Source: Guillardia theta CCMP2712
Taxonomy: Eukaryota > Protista > Cryptophyta
Assembly: GCF_000315625.1 (NCBI RefSeq)
Contig: NW_005434578.1
Location: 1-64,000 of the forward strand
DNA: 64,000 nt
Reading direction: 5' to 3'
Shown here piece by piece: positions 10,845 through 24,857 of this stretch. The position numbers were made by a program, and so were the translations under genes. Positions within the stretch are counted from its first letter, which is position 1. Every line of letters begins with the position of its first letter. The notes beneath the pieces were generated by a model, which was not told where the DNA came from, ran no database searches, and saw nothing but the letters and a program-made list of their open reading frames with translations.

Positions 10845-13800
10845 ATGGCGAGGGGCGGACAATGGCGTTCTTTGATTGGGCTTGTTCTCTTCCTGCTTGT
10901 AGATGATACACATGGATACTTGGGAATGGGAGGTGAGTTTGGAACTCCTGCCATTGCTGCGTATTTCTCTGTCGCGATCGTGTCCAGAACGTTGATGTTA
11001 ATCATTGCAAGAGCATTTGGAGAGTGTTTGCTGTGTACAGGAGACATTGATGCTCGTGTCATTTCAGCTCATGTGTGTTGGTGGTTTCTTAGCATGTAAC
11101 TGACATCTTCTCGCCTCCCTTTTCTTTTTCTCTCTCGCGCTCCTAACACCCGATGCATCTGATCCTCGTTTCCCTCGTTTTTTCATCCTTCTTACTGTTG
11201 GATTAGGTCGATTTAGTTTCGACTCCAAGGTAAAAATTAGTCTTCATCGCAGGGCATGCTTCTTCACTGACGCTGAGCTATCGTGTACAGCACCTGCCTT
11301 CACAGAAGCTTTCCCCCTCCCTTTCCTCGTGCTCAACGAAATGTCGGCAGCAAATTCGGCCATTGCCCATGTCCATGCAAGAAAGTATCAGTTTAGGAAG
11401 TCTTGCTCTATCATTGAATCGAACTTGAATGCAGAAGAGCGAAAACCAAAGGTCGCGGTAGTTGGAGCAGGGTGGGGGGGATGGGGCGCTGCCAAGGCCC
11501 TGTGCGAGATGGGATGTGAGGTCCTACTGCTAGATGGTATGGAGGATCCAACCGGGTCAAAGCCGTTGCTGACCCCGACAGGAAAGCCATTCGAGGGTGA
11601 GCCAAGTACGATGTCCTTCCTGTTGTGACTCCATCTTGTCAGCTGGAACAAGAGGATTCTGGAAGGACTATCCCAACATCGAGAACCTGCTGAGTGAGCT
11701 TGGAATCGCTGAGGATGAAGTGAGAAAGATTCATTCTGACCTTCCTCACGCCTTAACATTGAATCAACAGGCATTCACTCAGTTCACTGGTTCTTCTTTT
11801 TACAGTCCGTTTGGCTTGGAGGCAACCGCTCCTGTGTTCAGTTCCAGTTCGCTCCCTCAACTTCCCTCGCCTCTGGGACAAGTTTTCGCAACTTTCACCA
11901 ACTTCAAGCGGATTCCTGTGAGCGACAGAACAACGATGCTCGGGCTTCTGTACTCCATTCTTGACTTTGATAGGAGCGAGAAAACTTTCGAAGCATACGA
12001 CAGAATGACTGCGCATGAGCTCTTCATCAGGATGGGCGTGAGTAAGAGGCTCGTTGACGACTTCATCCGACCCACTCTGCTTGTCGGACTGTTCAAGCCT
12101 CCAGAGGAGTTGTCCGCTGCTGTTGCGATGGAGCTCCTTTACTTCTATGCCCTTGCCCATCAGACATCGTTCGACGTCCGTTGGATCAAGAAGCAAAGTA
12201 TTTCTGAAGTCCTGATCAATCCACTTGCAAACATGTTGATCGAGAAACATGGCCTGGAAATCAGAAGCAAGAGCTTTGTGAAGGAGGTGTGTTACTGCTC
12301 TTCTCATATCTACCTTCCTCGATTCGTGAAACCCTCTCACCCCCCCCCCCCCCATCCCTCTCCGTTGTGAGCCTCAATGACATTGCATGTAAAAGATTCT
12401 GGTGGACAAAGCAGCGAAAAAAGTCACAGGAATCACCCTCAAGGGGAAGGTACAACTGCCCATGCTTTATTTCATTGCTCATCATCGCTGGCAGGATGGA
12501 CAGGAAGAAACGATCGAGAACCTCGACGCCTGTGTACTCGCGCTGGGGGCTAAGGGAATGAAGGTAAGTCGACATTGCGGGAATTTAGGCGAGTAGTTCT
12601 GAAGGAGGTACAGTACCTCATGGCAGGGTCTCCTGCACTGGCGAAGATTGCTCCTGAGCTATCTCGCGCTTCTTCGCTTGGGTCCATTGATGTCATTGCG
12701 ACGAGAATCTGGCTAGACCGCTATGTGGTAACGGAGAATCCCGCAAACGTTCTTAGCAAGTTCGAAGGTGTAGAGGAGGGTCGACGCAGTAGATGTTTAA
12801 CTGTCTTTACAGGACTGCGTGGTGCTGGAGGGACTTTCTTCCTTCTAGATCAGGTTCTATGGTCATAAGATACTTTCCACGGTGATTGACTTGCCTCCTG
12901 GTGCCATGCAGCTGCAACCGGATCAACGAGCATTGTGGGGAGGAGAAGAGCCGCAGGGTTCGGTTCTGGCTTGCGATTTCTATAACGCAGGAGGACTGCT
13001 TCCCCTTTCAGAGCAGGTCGGAATGGAGAGGAAGAGGTCAGGGAACGAGAAACAAATGGGAGGAACAGGGTCTGGAGGAGAATCTGGAGGAGGAGGAGAA
13101 TCTGGAGGAGGAGGAGGAGGAGGAGGAGGAGGAGGAGGAGGAGTTGGTGGTGGTGGTGGAGGTCCTCATATGTTGCTTGCAGGACATCATTGACCTGCTG
13201 ATGAAGGAGCTTCTTCCTGCTGTCGTCCCTGAGTTTGGGAGAGCAAATGTGACTTGGACAAGTTGCTAGCTGCTGTGTGACGATGAGCACCAGGTTGTCG
13301 ACTCATACGTGCAGAAGTACCCGGGTGCAGTGACGTGGTTCTCTCCTGGCTCCTACACGTCGAGACCACCCCTCAAGGTACGCGGTCAGCAGGGTTAAGG
13401 AAGCAGGAGAGGAGTAGGAGTATAGGTGAAAGGAGGGTGGGAGAACGTAGGAGACTTGGTCGCAGTTGTTTCAGGGTTGGCGGTCGCAACTGATGAGTTG
13501 TAGACGAAGTTTGACATGCATTCTGGACAGACGAGCCTCTCTAACTTGGTCTGTGCGGGTGATTGGGTAAGAATGGGAGACAGAGAGCACGGTAGAGTAT
13601 TATTGATTGTTTCTCTGCCCTTCTTCATTGTCTTTTCTTCCTGCAACTATGCTTTCTGCATTGCTGTCCTTTGCTCTGGCATTGCTCTTCCCTTGCTGGC
13701 ATATCCTTGTATTGAAGGATATGCCCTCATCCTCTGCAGAGGCTCCTCTAAGCCTCCTCTCTTCCTCATCTCCGTGGCAGGAGCGAAAGGTCTCTGCCAG

Positions 13801-14149
13801 GAGCGTGCGTACGTGTCGGGCCTCGAGGCGGCGAACGCGCTTGGGAATGAGGGAGTGCTAGGAAGGGAGCGAAAGTTTCGCTCCCACCGAGTCATTCCTA
13901 TCCGTGAGGACGAACCCCAAGTTGTGCTGGGCCGTGTGGCTAACAAACAGGTTGGTGAACTTGGGAATGGGCGTAGAGAGGAGGATAAACTGAGTGTGGG
14001 TGTTGGACTTGGTGTTGCTGTGAAAAGGGATTTTGAATGGGAAGAGAAGCAGATTGGATTGTTTGCTTTAGCAACGACTGAAGTCGAACCTGCGGCAGGT
14101 GATGGACATTCTGGCGAAATTCAATCTCGACAGCCCTTGGGTTCGATGA
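10845..14149 (+). CDS. FAD-dependent amine-oxidase/phytoene-desaturase superfamily protein, probably plastid-targeted
   Basis: KVAVVGAGWGGWGAAKAL dinucleotide fold, EAGTRGFWKDYPNI, FKPPEELSAA, NLVCAGDWV, KGLCQERAYVSGLEAAN, IREDEPQV, ending LDSPWVR*. The first exon (signal-peptide-like MARGGQWRSLIGLVLFLLV) is inferred. Confidence 0.85.
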
Positions 14150-14939
14150 AGGACCGATTACTTAAAAAGTTTCGAGATGCCCTCGAGCTGGACCCACGTT
14201 TTCAAGTCGCCGGACTCAATGCCTGGGAACTTGAGATGAGGGCTTTGAAGACCAGGCCGTCCATGGGAGCAGCCTTGGAAGATCGATGTGCGTGAAGAAT
14301 GAAAATATACGGACCGTACGGTACAAACGCGAAGCATGCCGTTCCATTCCGCCGCCGAACCCGGATTGCCGGGCTAGTAGGCTAGTCACACTGAAGGGGC
14401 CTGCCTCAGACCGTTTGCGACCGTGCCACCGTGGCACGGTGATACTGATGATCCTCCGCTCAAGGCACTGCGGCAACTTACTCAGTGACTAAGTTAGTTG
14501 CCGGGCCGCCGGCCGGGCCGGGCCAGACTCTCGTCCATCGTAGTTCTAAGAGGGTAGGGTACCAGATGTGTTACCAGGGGGTAGAGGGTAGATCACACAT
14601 AAAGGGATGAGGGTGCCATGCGGGCAGAAACAAGTGGGGAGGGCTGAAGGAGACGAGGGAGAGGAGAAGGAGAAGCGCTGATGGGGAGGAAGATGAAGAG
14701 GAAGAGGAGAAGCGCTCAGGGAGAGGAAGAGGAAGAGGAAGAGGAAGAGGAAGAGGAAGCGGATGCGGAAGCGGAAGAGGAAGAGTGTAGACAGTGAGAG
14801 CCTGGATATCTTGAAAGTGACTACGGGGATGTGATTGAGGAGGAGGATATCAGAGAAGTATTTCACGCAAGGAGAAGAATGAGGAATAAGGGAGGGAAGG
14901 AAACCAGCACGAAAGAAGTGCATTGCCTGTCAACGACCG

Positions 14940-15440
14940 TCAAAACGCTTTCGCTGATACCCTCGTCCAGGAAGACATTTATTTCTGAAGGTGCTGATGC
15001 AAGTGATGTCACGGACAATAGGATGTGCTCTCCTCTTCAGCTGCTGCATGATCGCGACCAGTGGGTTCGTTGTACAACCTCAGTCCCTCACCTTCGCCTC
15101 CTCCTCTGCGACGACGAGACTGGCGCTGAGATCAAGGTAGCTCGCAGTCGGTAGACAACGGATGACGGATGTGTCGACAGAGGAGGAGCGAGGACAGCGG
15201 TGATGGTGTCGGACGAGTACATGACAAGGAAGCAGAGGACGAAGATGAAGAAGCAGATGCGACAGGAGCAGCAGAAGGAGCAGCAGGAGAGGCAGATGAA
15301 GGCCGACGCGCTCCTGGACGAGATGTGCGTGAGAGCGCGGGGGAGCGAAGGGGAGGGACTGAGCATCGAGTGCAGTTTTGATGAGATCGAGGCCAAGGAA
15401 AGAGACTTGAAGAAAGTGACCAACGCAATCAACAAGGTTC
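14940..15440 (+). CDS. Hypothetical coiled-coil protein exons
   Basis: Exon-like segments, e.g. EYMTRKQRTKMKKQMRQEQQ...KKVTNAINK|gt. May belong with downstream exons across the 15756-15855 gap. Confidence 0.35.
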
Positions 15441-16409
15441 ATAGCTGCCTCGTGATCAGTTCCTGCCTGCCTGCCTGTCCGTCTGACTGCCCTTCGTGTC
15501 TCTGTCTCTCCCTCCCTCCCTCCCTCCCTCCCTCCCACGGGGGATGGGGGGTGGTTAAAAACATGGGGATGCTGGGTAGACCCCTAAGACCAGTCTTTGC
15601 ATCGAACTCTTTAGGTTAGAAAATGTATGATGATTCCGATAGGAGCCTTAAGACGCCCGGATACCCCTGTATGAGATCCCGGTCACTGAAACCTCCGCGA
15701 CATGATCCACGACCACGGATTCTTCTATCAGCCCCTACACCCAGATGCTGCACGANNNNNNNNNNNNNNNNNNNNNNNNNNNNNNNNNNNNNNNNNNNNN
15801 NNNNNNNNNNNNNNNNNNNNNNNNNNNNNNNNNNNNNNNNNNNNNNNNNNNNNNNTTCTCCTCCTTCATGTCTCCTCTCCGATTGTAACCTTAGCATTTT
15901 CAATCGTCTTTCTCCTTTTTCTCCTTCTCCTTCTCCTTCTCGTCCTTCTCGTCCTTCTCGTCCTTTTTCTTGTTCTTCTCCTCTGTCTCCTTGTTCTCCT
16001 CCTCTTCCTTGTTCTCCTCCTCTTCCTCCTCGTCAAAGGTTGGGAGAGGACTAAATCCTCGAACAGCACAGGACTTGGAAAACTTCCAGGCACCTCCATC
16101 CTCGACATGTTCATCACGTGTGAGAAGAGGTGAACACTGCTAGCCAAAATCTCTCCTTCTCCTCCTCCTTCTTCTCCTGCTCCTTCTCGTCCTCCTCTGT
16201 CTTGATCTTCCTCATTCTCACCCTCAATGTCCAACCATTCTTTATCCCTACCTTGCTCTCCAGCCCCTCCTCCCACCCATTGTTTGCCTGCCCGACTTCG
16301 TTCCTGCCTCCTCCTCTTTCTCCTTCCTCCTTCCTCCTTCCTCCTTCCTCCTTCCTCCTTCCTCCTTCCTCCTCAACTCTTGACCGTTGGCTCCCCTTCT
16401 CACGACCTC

Positions 16410-18205
16410 GAGCAGCGGCAAAGTTAAGGTGCAGGAGATCTGCAGGGTCGTCGGACCTTTTCCAAACATTAAGAATGAATTGCAAGGAACTTGGGAGTAA
16501 GTACCTCATCCTCCTCCTCCTCCTCCTCCTCCTCCTTTCCCTCCTTCTGCTCCTGCTCTTCCTCCTACTACTTCTGCTTCTGCTCCTTCTGTTCCCGCTC
16601 CTCCTCCTGCTCTCTTTTTGTTGAAGCCATCCTCTCCTTTCCATTTCCCTCTGCCCTACTCTACCTCTCCCTCTTTTCCTTTTGTTCGTTTTGCTTCTTC
16701 TCAGTTGGTTGCAGCTATAAGACGGCAAGCTCCGGGTTCAAGGAGGGTGTTTCGTCCTCCGACAAGCTGGTCAAACTCCTCCATCTCGTCATCTCTTCCT
16801 TAATTCCTGATACTTCTCCCTTTTCATTTCGTTCTCTCCACATCGTCCTCTCCTCCTCCTTCTCCTTCTCCTTCTCCTTCTCCTTCTCCTTCTCCTTCTC
16901 CTTCTCCATGGCCCTCTGTCTTCACTCTCTCGCTCACTCGAGGGTCTTCAAGGTTTTCTCCTACAACATGCTCATCGACGGAAGGGACAAGGTTACAACC
17001 GCAGAGACAGGATTCAAGGTTTTCTCCTCCCTCCTCTCCTTCTCGTTACCATTACCTCCACCTTTTCCTCACTACTCACTGCTCGCCTTGGCCTTTACTC
17101 CCCGTGCTGCTGCTGGTTCTGGTGCTGGTGCTGGTGCTGGTTCTGGTGCTGGTGCTGGTTCTGGTGCTGGTCTTCCTACTTCTCCTCCTCCTCATCCTCC
17201 TCCTCAACCTCAAGCTATACGCACAGGTCCGCTCGGTAGACATTAACGTGCGATATATCGACCAGGACGTGATGATTATGAGCCTCGGTCAGTCCATTGT
17301 AGAATAGATTGAGCGGGAGGCGAGGGAGAGGAGAGGAGAGGCGAGGAGAGGAGAGGAGAGGAGAGGAGAGGAGAGGAGAGGGGAGGGGAGGGGAGGGGAG
17401 GGGAGGGGAGGGGAGGGCAAATGAGAGGGGGGGAGGGGAGCTGAGAGATGACGATGATGCAGGGGAAGGTCTTGATTCTCAGTTGGTGTGGGAGAGGGAA
17501 GACAACCTTGACAAGGTTCTGCCTCTCCTTGGGCCTGATCACCCCATCTCATCTCATCTCTTCTCTTCTCTCGCTAATCTTCTTCCTCCCATCTCACTCC
17601 TGTTGCTGGCCCTTCCCACTGCTTCCCGTCGTCCCCTCCTCCCTCACTGCTTTCATCTCACGTCTGCGCCTCAACAGGAGGTCGGCAAGCTTCTTCGCCG
17701 CGATTTGACCAAGGTGAGGAGGAGGAGAACTAGGAAGAGAAATAGGAAGAGAGGAGGAGGAGGAGGAGGAGGAGGAGGAGAACTAGGAAGAGAAATAGGA
17801 GTAGGAGGAGGAGGAGGAGGAGGAGGAGGAGGAGGAGGAGGAGGTGGTCTGAACTCATGTAGGAGGATGTAGCTGGAGCTGCTGCGCCTGTCAACCCGAT
17901 CGTCGCCATCGCTGAGATGGCGAAGGTGTGAGAGAGCAAGTGACTTGTCGCTTCATCCTGACATACTTCACTTCCTCAGCGATCTGACAAGAAGAAGCCT
18001 TGGGAGTTCTGGAAGTAAAGCAACAAGGTCCTCAGCTCCAGCTCCAGCTCCAGCTCCAGCTCCAGCTCCAGCTCTTGCCCCTGACCCTGCTCTCCCTGCC
18101 CTTTTCCTCATCCAACTCAAACATGATCGGCAGTGTGCCATCAGCAAGAAGACAGCGAGCTACGAGTTACAAGTTATTACAAAACAGAAGAAACAGCGTG
18201 TCTGA
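16410..18205 (+). CDS. Hypothetical multi-exon protein (weak PAP/fibrillin-like hint)
   Basis: Short exons between microsatellite introns: FKVFSYNMLIDGRDKVTTAETGFK and VRSVDINVRYIDQDVMIMSL. The latter loosely resembles the fibrillin 'ITYLD.D.RI' strand. Confidence 0.3.
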
Positions 18206-18292
18206 TCGCTTTAAATCCGCATCCTCCACCGCAGGGTGTACCATCCTCCTCTCCTCCTCTCCTCCTCCTCCTCTTGATATCCTTCACTCGCT

Positions 18293-19100
18293 CATGAGGA
18301 GCTCTCAAACCAGTAGCCGCCGATCTGCTGTGGGAGCCCCTGGCAGTAGTGCATCGTAGGACAGCTGCTCGTGGGGATCAGGTCATTGAAGATAAAAGGC
18401 TTCTCCTCCCCCTCGCATCCTCCCATCCTCCTCCTACTGCTATTCCCCATCCTCTTCACCTCTTCTTCCCTCCTGCTATCCCTCCTCCTCCTCCTCCCTC
18501 TCCTGCTTCCTTCCTGACCCTCTCCAAACCACTCCCTTCCCTCAATCCTTCAGCTCCTCCTTACCACCCTCCCTCAACTCAAGTCCCCATGCTCCCTCCC
18601 TCCCTCCCCCTCTCCTCCTCCTCCCACCTGACTTCAGGAACGGCTCGTCCGAAGTTCCCGATGTCCATGGGTGAGCTGACGAGGGCAGGTCAGCAGGAGA
18701 TCAAAACGCCTTCTCCTTCCTACCCCGACGGATCCTTGATACACTCCGTGTTCGCCCCCCAGGGCCCGGAGTTGAGCGCACAAGACCATCCTCGCGTTGA
18801 CTCAGCGTTCGGAAACCGAACCTGGAGGACACGGTGAGGCAGAAGAGAGAGCGAGGAAGTAGGGAGAATGAGGAGCAAGAACAACAGGATGAGCAGGGGG
18901 AACAAGCAAAGGAAGAGAAAGACGAAAGAGGATGAGGGAGACGAGGAGGAGGAGGAGGAGGAGGAGGAGGAGGAGGAGGAAGCAGATTACCCCTGGGAGA
19001 TCAGGCTCGGCGCCCAGGTCTTCGAGCATTGAAAGCGTTCGGACTAATGCAAACTGAGGAAAAAAGTGAGTGCAATGGTTGACAGAGCACATCTTCAAGA
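18293..19100 (-). CDS. Small hypothetical multi-exon protein (5' end uncertain)
   Basis: Exons VRFPNAESTRGWSCALNSGPWGANTECIKDPSG | SPMDIGNFGRAVPEV | ...SCPTMHYCQGLPQQIGGYWFESSS*, with a clear GT-AG intron between the first two. Confidence 0.45.
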
Positions 19101-19639
19101 ATCACATTATTACAAGCAAGCCATTCACATGTCACTTGACGTCACTATCATCATCAGATGCCCCTATCATACACAAAGAAGACCAGCTGGTCCTGCCTAC
19201 AACACCCTAGCATCTCCTTCACCTCATAATGCATCACCCATACAACAACTCCTCTACAGTTAGCTCACTTCGTCTTCATCTGTTGCAAGCATCTGACCGA
19301 ATCTCTGCCAAAGGCTCCTCCTCCCTTCCTCCCCCTTCCTCCCCCTCGTCGCTTGCTCCTCCTCCTACCCCCCATTCCACCCGCCCCCCTACGCCACCGT
19401 CCAAAAGTACTCACCATGACCGCCACAAATAGCCCTCCGCACCGAACCCCACCCTCCTCCATTCCTTCTTTCTTCAGGGAAAGTACCCCTACCTTTGCCC
19501 TGGTCTTGATATGGGGTTTCCGTTACAAAATCGACTCTTCGTTATCATTTCATCGCCCTCATGCATCGAGGACACTGTTGAGTAAAAAGTAAAGTTGACA
19601 GGGTCCCTCACAACGGCTCGCAATGCGGCAAGAAGATGC

Positions 19640-20726
19640 CTGCTAAGAGCATGGCGCGACGACGACGAAGAGACGGACGGACGGAGGGAGCAGAAGCTGG
19701 AGGAGGAGGAGGAGGAGGAGGAGGAGGAGGAGGAGGAGGAGGAGGAGGAGGCCCTGTGCAGTGCCAACAGGCTTACTAACTTCGGACGGTGACTCGACTG
19801 CAGCCTGTCAGTGCGGACGACGGTGACCGCCCAGCTTCACTTTGTGATGCTAAAAGCGCTTCACGTACAAGCATTGAGCCCTCCGGCTAGCAAGTACCTT
19901 TCAAACATCCAGTACGGTCCGATCAGAACTTTCATTTCATCTGCTACACTCCGAGTCAGTAGGTGCTGGACCAGGTTGACCATCTAAGAGCCGCGCTTTT
20001 CTCGATTGCTGTCCGATCCTGTCAGCAAAGACGAGAGACACCGGGCAAGATTGTCAGCGAGCCATGAAGGCGGATGAGGATGCGATGCTGAGGTAGACTT
20101 GTACTTATGCTGATGACCGACCTTACACTCTCGTTCTTCGTTCTTTCAGGCTGAGCCATCGGGTAAAGAAAAAATTCCTCAGGATCGCGGACGATGGTAG
20201 CAAAGGGGGCAAGAGGTACTTGTGTACCACAGGAGCTCCTTTCTTTGCCTTCAACACTCCTTCCCAACCTGCGAACTCCCTCACCTCCTGCTGCCCATCT
20301 GTCCTCCTCCTCCCTCTTCTTTCTCTCCCCCTCTCTTCCCTCTCCCTCTTCTCAACCCGCCCACACCAACTTCAGCGGGAGTGACAGGATCATTTGCTGC
20401 AGGTCGGTGGAGGCCGCAGCGAGTGGGGTTGCTGCCAGAAGGCAGTGGAAGCAGAGCTCTTTGACCATCGACGAAGGTCCTGACACTACACGCGCTCTTG
20501 AGGAGGGTGATGGGGAGGGGGCAGGGGACGAAGTGGACGGGGACGATGATTCAAGAGCAGCGAGCAGGATCAGGTGATCTGAGAGTTCGGGAGTTTGAAA
20601 TGGCGTGAAAGCTCAAGTCGCCGCTACAGGCTGTTTCTCCGGAGGCTCTCAAAGGTCAGCGAGACGGACTCGCTGTCGATCTGCACAGATCAAGATGAAG
20701 TGAGAGTGGAGGAGGAGGAGGTGGTG

Positions 20727-20790
<64 letters not shown>

Positions 20791-22406
20791 CGTGTGGACT
20801 GGCCTGACCCTCCTGGCCCTGCAGCTCAACGAGATGGGAACCTACTCGCAGAAAGGCAACCTGCCAAAGATCCAAACCTCAACCCCATCTCGGGTAAGGG
20901 GAAGGAGCGAGGGAGCGAGGGGCGAGGGAGCGAGAGAGGGAGCGGAGGGAGCGAGGGAGCGAGGGAGCGAGGGAGCGAGGNNNNNNNNNNNNNNNNNNNN
21001 NNNNNNNNNNNNNNNNNNNNNNNNNNNNNNNNNNNNNNNNNNNNNNNNNNNNNNNNNNNNNNNNNNNNNNNNNNNNNNNNNNNNNNNNNNNNNNNNNNNN
21101 NNNNNNNNNNNNNNNNNNNNNNNNNNNNNNNNNNNNNNNNNNNNNNNNNNNNNNNNNNNNNNNNNNNNNNNNNNNNNNNNNNNNNNNNNNNNNNNNNNNN
21201 NNNNNNNNNNNNNNNNNNNNNNNNNNNNNNNNNNNNNNNNNNNNNNNNNNNNNNNNNNNNNNNNNNNNNNNNNNNNNNNNNNNNNNNNNNNNNNNNNNNN
21301 NNNNNNNNNNNNNNNNNNNNNNNNNNNNNNNNNNNNNNNNNNNNNNNNNNNNNNNNNNNNNNNNNNNNNAAGTCTGCAGAGCATAAGGTGGACGTCGTCG
21401 ACTTTCGTCTTGTGGTCCATGTGGAGCAGTCCTTTCGCAGCTTCGGATCCAGGTTTAGAGGAGGTAGGGAGGGAGGGCGGGAGGGATGGAGGGAGAGAAT
21501 GTGGGTGGGAGGGAGACAGAGAGAGCTTGCTGGAGAATGGCTGCTGACTATGGTCCAGCATCTTCAGAAGTACTCTGAGAGCCCTGTATGCCCCAACTCG
21601 ACCTTCATCGTCCCCACCAACGTCAGCGGCTAGGGGGGGGCTGCCGGTGCCATGTCTCTGAGCTCCTGTGCTGTAGATGCAAGCGTTTGGGAAGAACTTT
21701 CAGAAGCGGAAGTCCAGATTCTTGGTGACCCTCTATAGAGCACCAAAGGAATTCTGACTTGGATGTGACCAACAGGGCTCGGAGGACCCCAAGATTGTGG
21801 ACGATGTGTTGGAAGCAGATCACAGTCTTGAAGGCCTTGTTGAGGGAGAGGACGATGAAGACGAGGGAGAGGAGGAGGAGGAGGAGGAGGAAGAGAACGA
21901 GAGGTATTTGTGCGATATGAACATCTTGACCCTAATCAGAGTGCAACAACAAGACAAGGTGACGTGCAAGGTGAAGAAGCGATGCAGCCGAAGATGTCAA
22001 AGACTGTGATCAGAACACAAGATCGTGTTATGTCAGGTAAAGATCCCTCGTACAATCTGATGACAATGAGAAAGAGGAGACGACAAGGACAAGGACAACG
22101 TAACTGGGGAAAAGGGAGAAGGAGCAAGCTTGAGACAGGGAAGGAAGTATGAAGGTAGAGTAGCAGCAGAGGCAGAAACGAGCGCGGCTCTCTCAGGTTA
22201 AAGGAACTTGTATGCTTTCTTATCATTTTCCTCCAACAGCTGCGACTGCCAACACTCTGACCGACCATAATCCGATGTTCAAGTCCCACAAGAACCTGCA
22301 AAGAGCTCCGAACTCTCCCATCTTCTCCCTGGATGAGGTCAGAGACGTGCTGCCAGCTCCTTGCCTTGCATGATAATGATGCTAATGCTGATCATGATCA
22401 TGATGG

Positions 22407-22462
<56 letters not shown>

Positions 22463-24714
22463 GTCGAGAGGAGAAGGAGCAGGAGAAGTTCTATATGGAC
22501 ACTGACACTTCCTGTTCTGATTGGACAAACAGGAGAAAGAAGTCCTTGAGAGGGTCAAAAGACTTGACCTGACCAACACCAAGATGTCAAGAAAGATTGC
22601 AAGACTCGCACTTGCAAAAGATGTAACAGCACCTCATCCCTCCCTCCCTCCCTCCCTCCCTCCCTCCCTCCCTCCCTCCCTCCCTCCCTTTCTCGCTCTC
22701 TTCCTCCTTCTCCTCCACCACCTCCACCTCCTCCACGTCCTCCACGTCCTCCACCTCCTACTTTTCCTCTACTTTTCCCCTTCCGTTCGTCTCAACCCCC
22801 TGTGCCACGGACAGAACAGAAATTCGGGATATCGAGGAGAAAGAGCGAGCAAGCTTCATCTTGAGGTGACTGGACTGTCTTGTATGTCGTCAGGTCAACC
22901 TTGTGACAGCAAGATCAAGTCGTTCACCGGGCAGACATCAGAATCGGAGAAGTGATACGAGGAGAAGTAAGACACTGTGATGCCTTTGTGTCGCCTTTGT
23001 CTTGTCTTGTCTTGTCTTGTCTTGTCTTGTCTTGTCTTGTCTTGTCTTGTCTTTATCCTCACTTTTTCTGTTTCTTTGCTCTTTATCTCATCACATTCTC
23101 TCAGGTCGGAAACTTCCCTCAGGTCTGCGTCTTCCGCCTCAGCTTCTCACGTTCCTCCCACCTCAACACGCTGAGGAACAAGAAGGTAGAGGAGGACGCA
23201 AGGAGAATGAGAGAAAGGCAGGACCACGGGGGGGGGGGGGGAGAGAGAGACGGGGGGAGGAGACAGAGACAGAGACAGAGACAGAGAGACAGAGACAGAG
23301 ACAAAGAGACAGAGACAAAGAGAGAGAGCCACCGATAANNNNNNNNNNNNNNNNNNNNNNNNNNNNNNNNNNNNNNNNNNNNNNNNNNNNNNNNNNNNNN
23401 NNNNNNNNNNNNNNNNNNNNNNNNNNNNNNNNNNNNNNNNNNNNNNNNNNNNNNNNNNNNNNNNNNNNNNNNNNNNNNNNNNNNNNNNNNNNNNNNNNNN
23501 NNNNNNNNNNNNNNNNNNNNNNNNNNNNNNNNNNNNNNNNNNNNNNNNNNNNNNNNNNNNNNNNNNNNNNNNNNNNNNNNNNNNNNNNNNNNNNNNNNNN
23601 NNNNNNNNNNNNNNNNNNNNNNNNNNNNNNNNNNNNNNNNNNNNNNNNNNNNNNNNNNNNNNNNNNNNNNNNNNNNNNNNNNNNNNNNNNNNNNNNNNNN
23701 NNNNNNNNNNNNNNNNNNNNNNNNNNNNNNNNNNNNNNNNNNNNNNNNNNNNNNNNNNNNNNNNNNNNNNNNNNNNNNTCCCTCCCTCCCTCCCTCCCTC
23801 CCTCCTCCCCCTTACAGCAAGACAGGAGGGACCGTCTTCACCGCCTCTCCTCCTGGCAGACAGACACTTCCTTGAGGTCAACCGACTGCCGAACTTCTCT
23901 CTCCCGTGAGAGCCTTCAAGAGCAACTCCTTCTTCGTCCTCCTCCTCCTCCTCCTCTCCAGCCTCTGCATGCTCAAGGGAGTTCGAGCTTGCCCGATGCT
24001 CCCCTTGGCTTTTCATCCTCCTCCTCCTCTTCCTCCATCCGCTTCTCAGTGGTCCAGGAGTCGCCTCAGGCTGCGAAGAGCACAACGAAATCAGTATGTC
24101 ACCTCCTTTTCCACAGCTTTCACCTTCACTTTCGTCCTCCTCTCCTCCTCTCCTCCTCTCCTCCTCTCCTCCTCTCCTCCTCTACTGTCCTCCTCTGCTC
24201 TGTGTTCCTTCACATTGTTGTGTATAGACTCTTGCTCCCTTGTAACGCATCCTTATCGCCCCATTATTTCCATCGCCCCCCCCCCCCTCTCCCTTGCCTC
24301 TCTCTCATCCTTGCTCCTCAGGCCGTCAGGGAAACCTTGTCATCAGTTCGCCGCACCCTCGCCTCCTCTCACGCTCCCCGGGTCTCCAAGGCTCCAAGCT
24401 CCTGCAGGTTGCTCTCATTCCCCCTCCTTCCCTTCCTCCCCCCCCTACTCCTCCTCCTCCTCCTCCTCCTCCTCCTCCTCCTCCTCCTCCTCAAGCTCTC
24501 CCTCCTTCACTTGCTCTTTCCCCCCCTCACTTCCTCCTCTCCCTCCCCTTCTCATCGCTTTGCAGGACTAGCACTCCTCGGGTCTCCGAGACCCTCGAGA
24601 AACTTTTCAGAGCTGCTGGCGTCGTTGACAACTCAGAGGATGAGGAGTTGGCAGCATGGACTGAGCGAGGAAATGGTGATGACAAACAATGAAGGAACAA
24701 AACAGGTAGAGTAG
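19640..24714 (+). CDS. One or more hypothetical multi-exon genes interrupted by two N gaps
   Basis: Exon-like + segments with AG/GT borders (LNEMGTYSQKGNLPKIQ, KVDVVDFRLVVHVEQ, SVWEELSEAEVQIL, KEVLERVKRLDLTNTKMSRKIARL). No domain recognised and gene boundaries unresolved. Confidence 0.3.
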
Positions 24715-24857
24715 GGAACCAAAGACGGACAGGGAGGGAGGGAGGGAGGAGAGGGAAGGAGGGACGGGAAGGAGGGAAATGGAGGAGCTTCACGAGGAGG
24801 AAGAGACTGAGGAGAAGAGCGTGCAGGTTTCGACCCTTTTTCATTGTCATCGCCTCC

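Noticed and set aside
18677-18725. Apparent in-frame TAG/TGA readthrough in the - strand frame CIKDPSG*...
   Set aside because: Explained by a normal GT-AG intron containing the stops.
20792-24714. Very long ORFs of 239-570 aa
   Set aside because: Their length comes from reading through N gaps and simple repeats.
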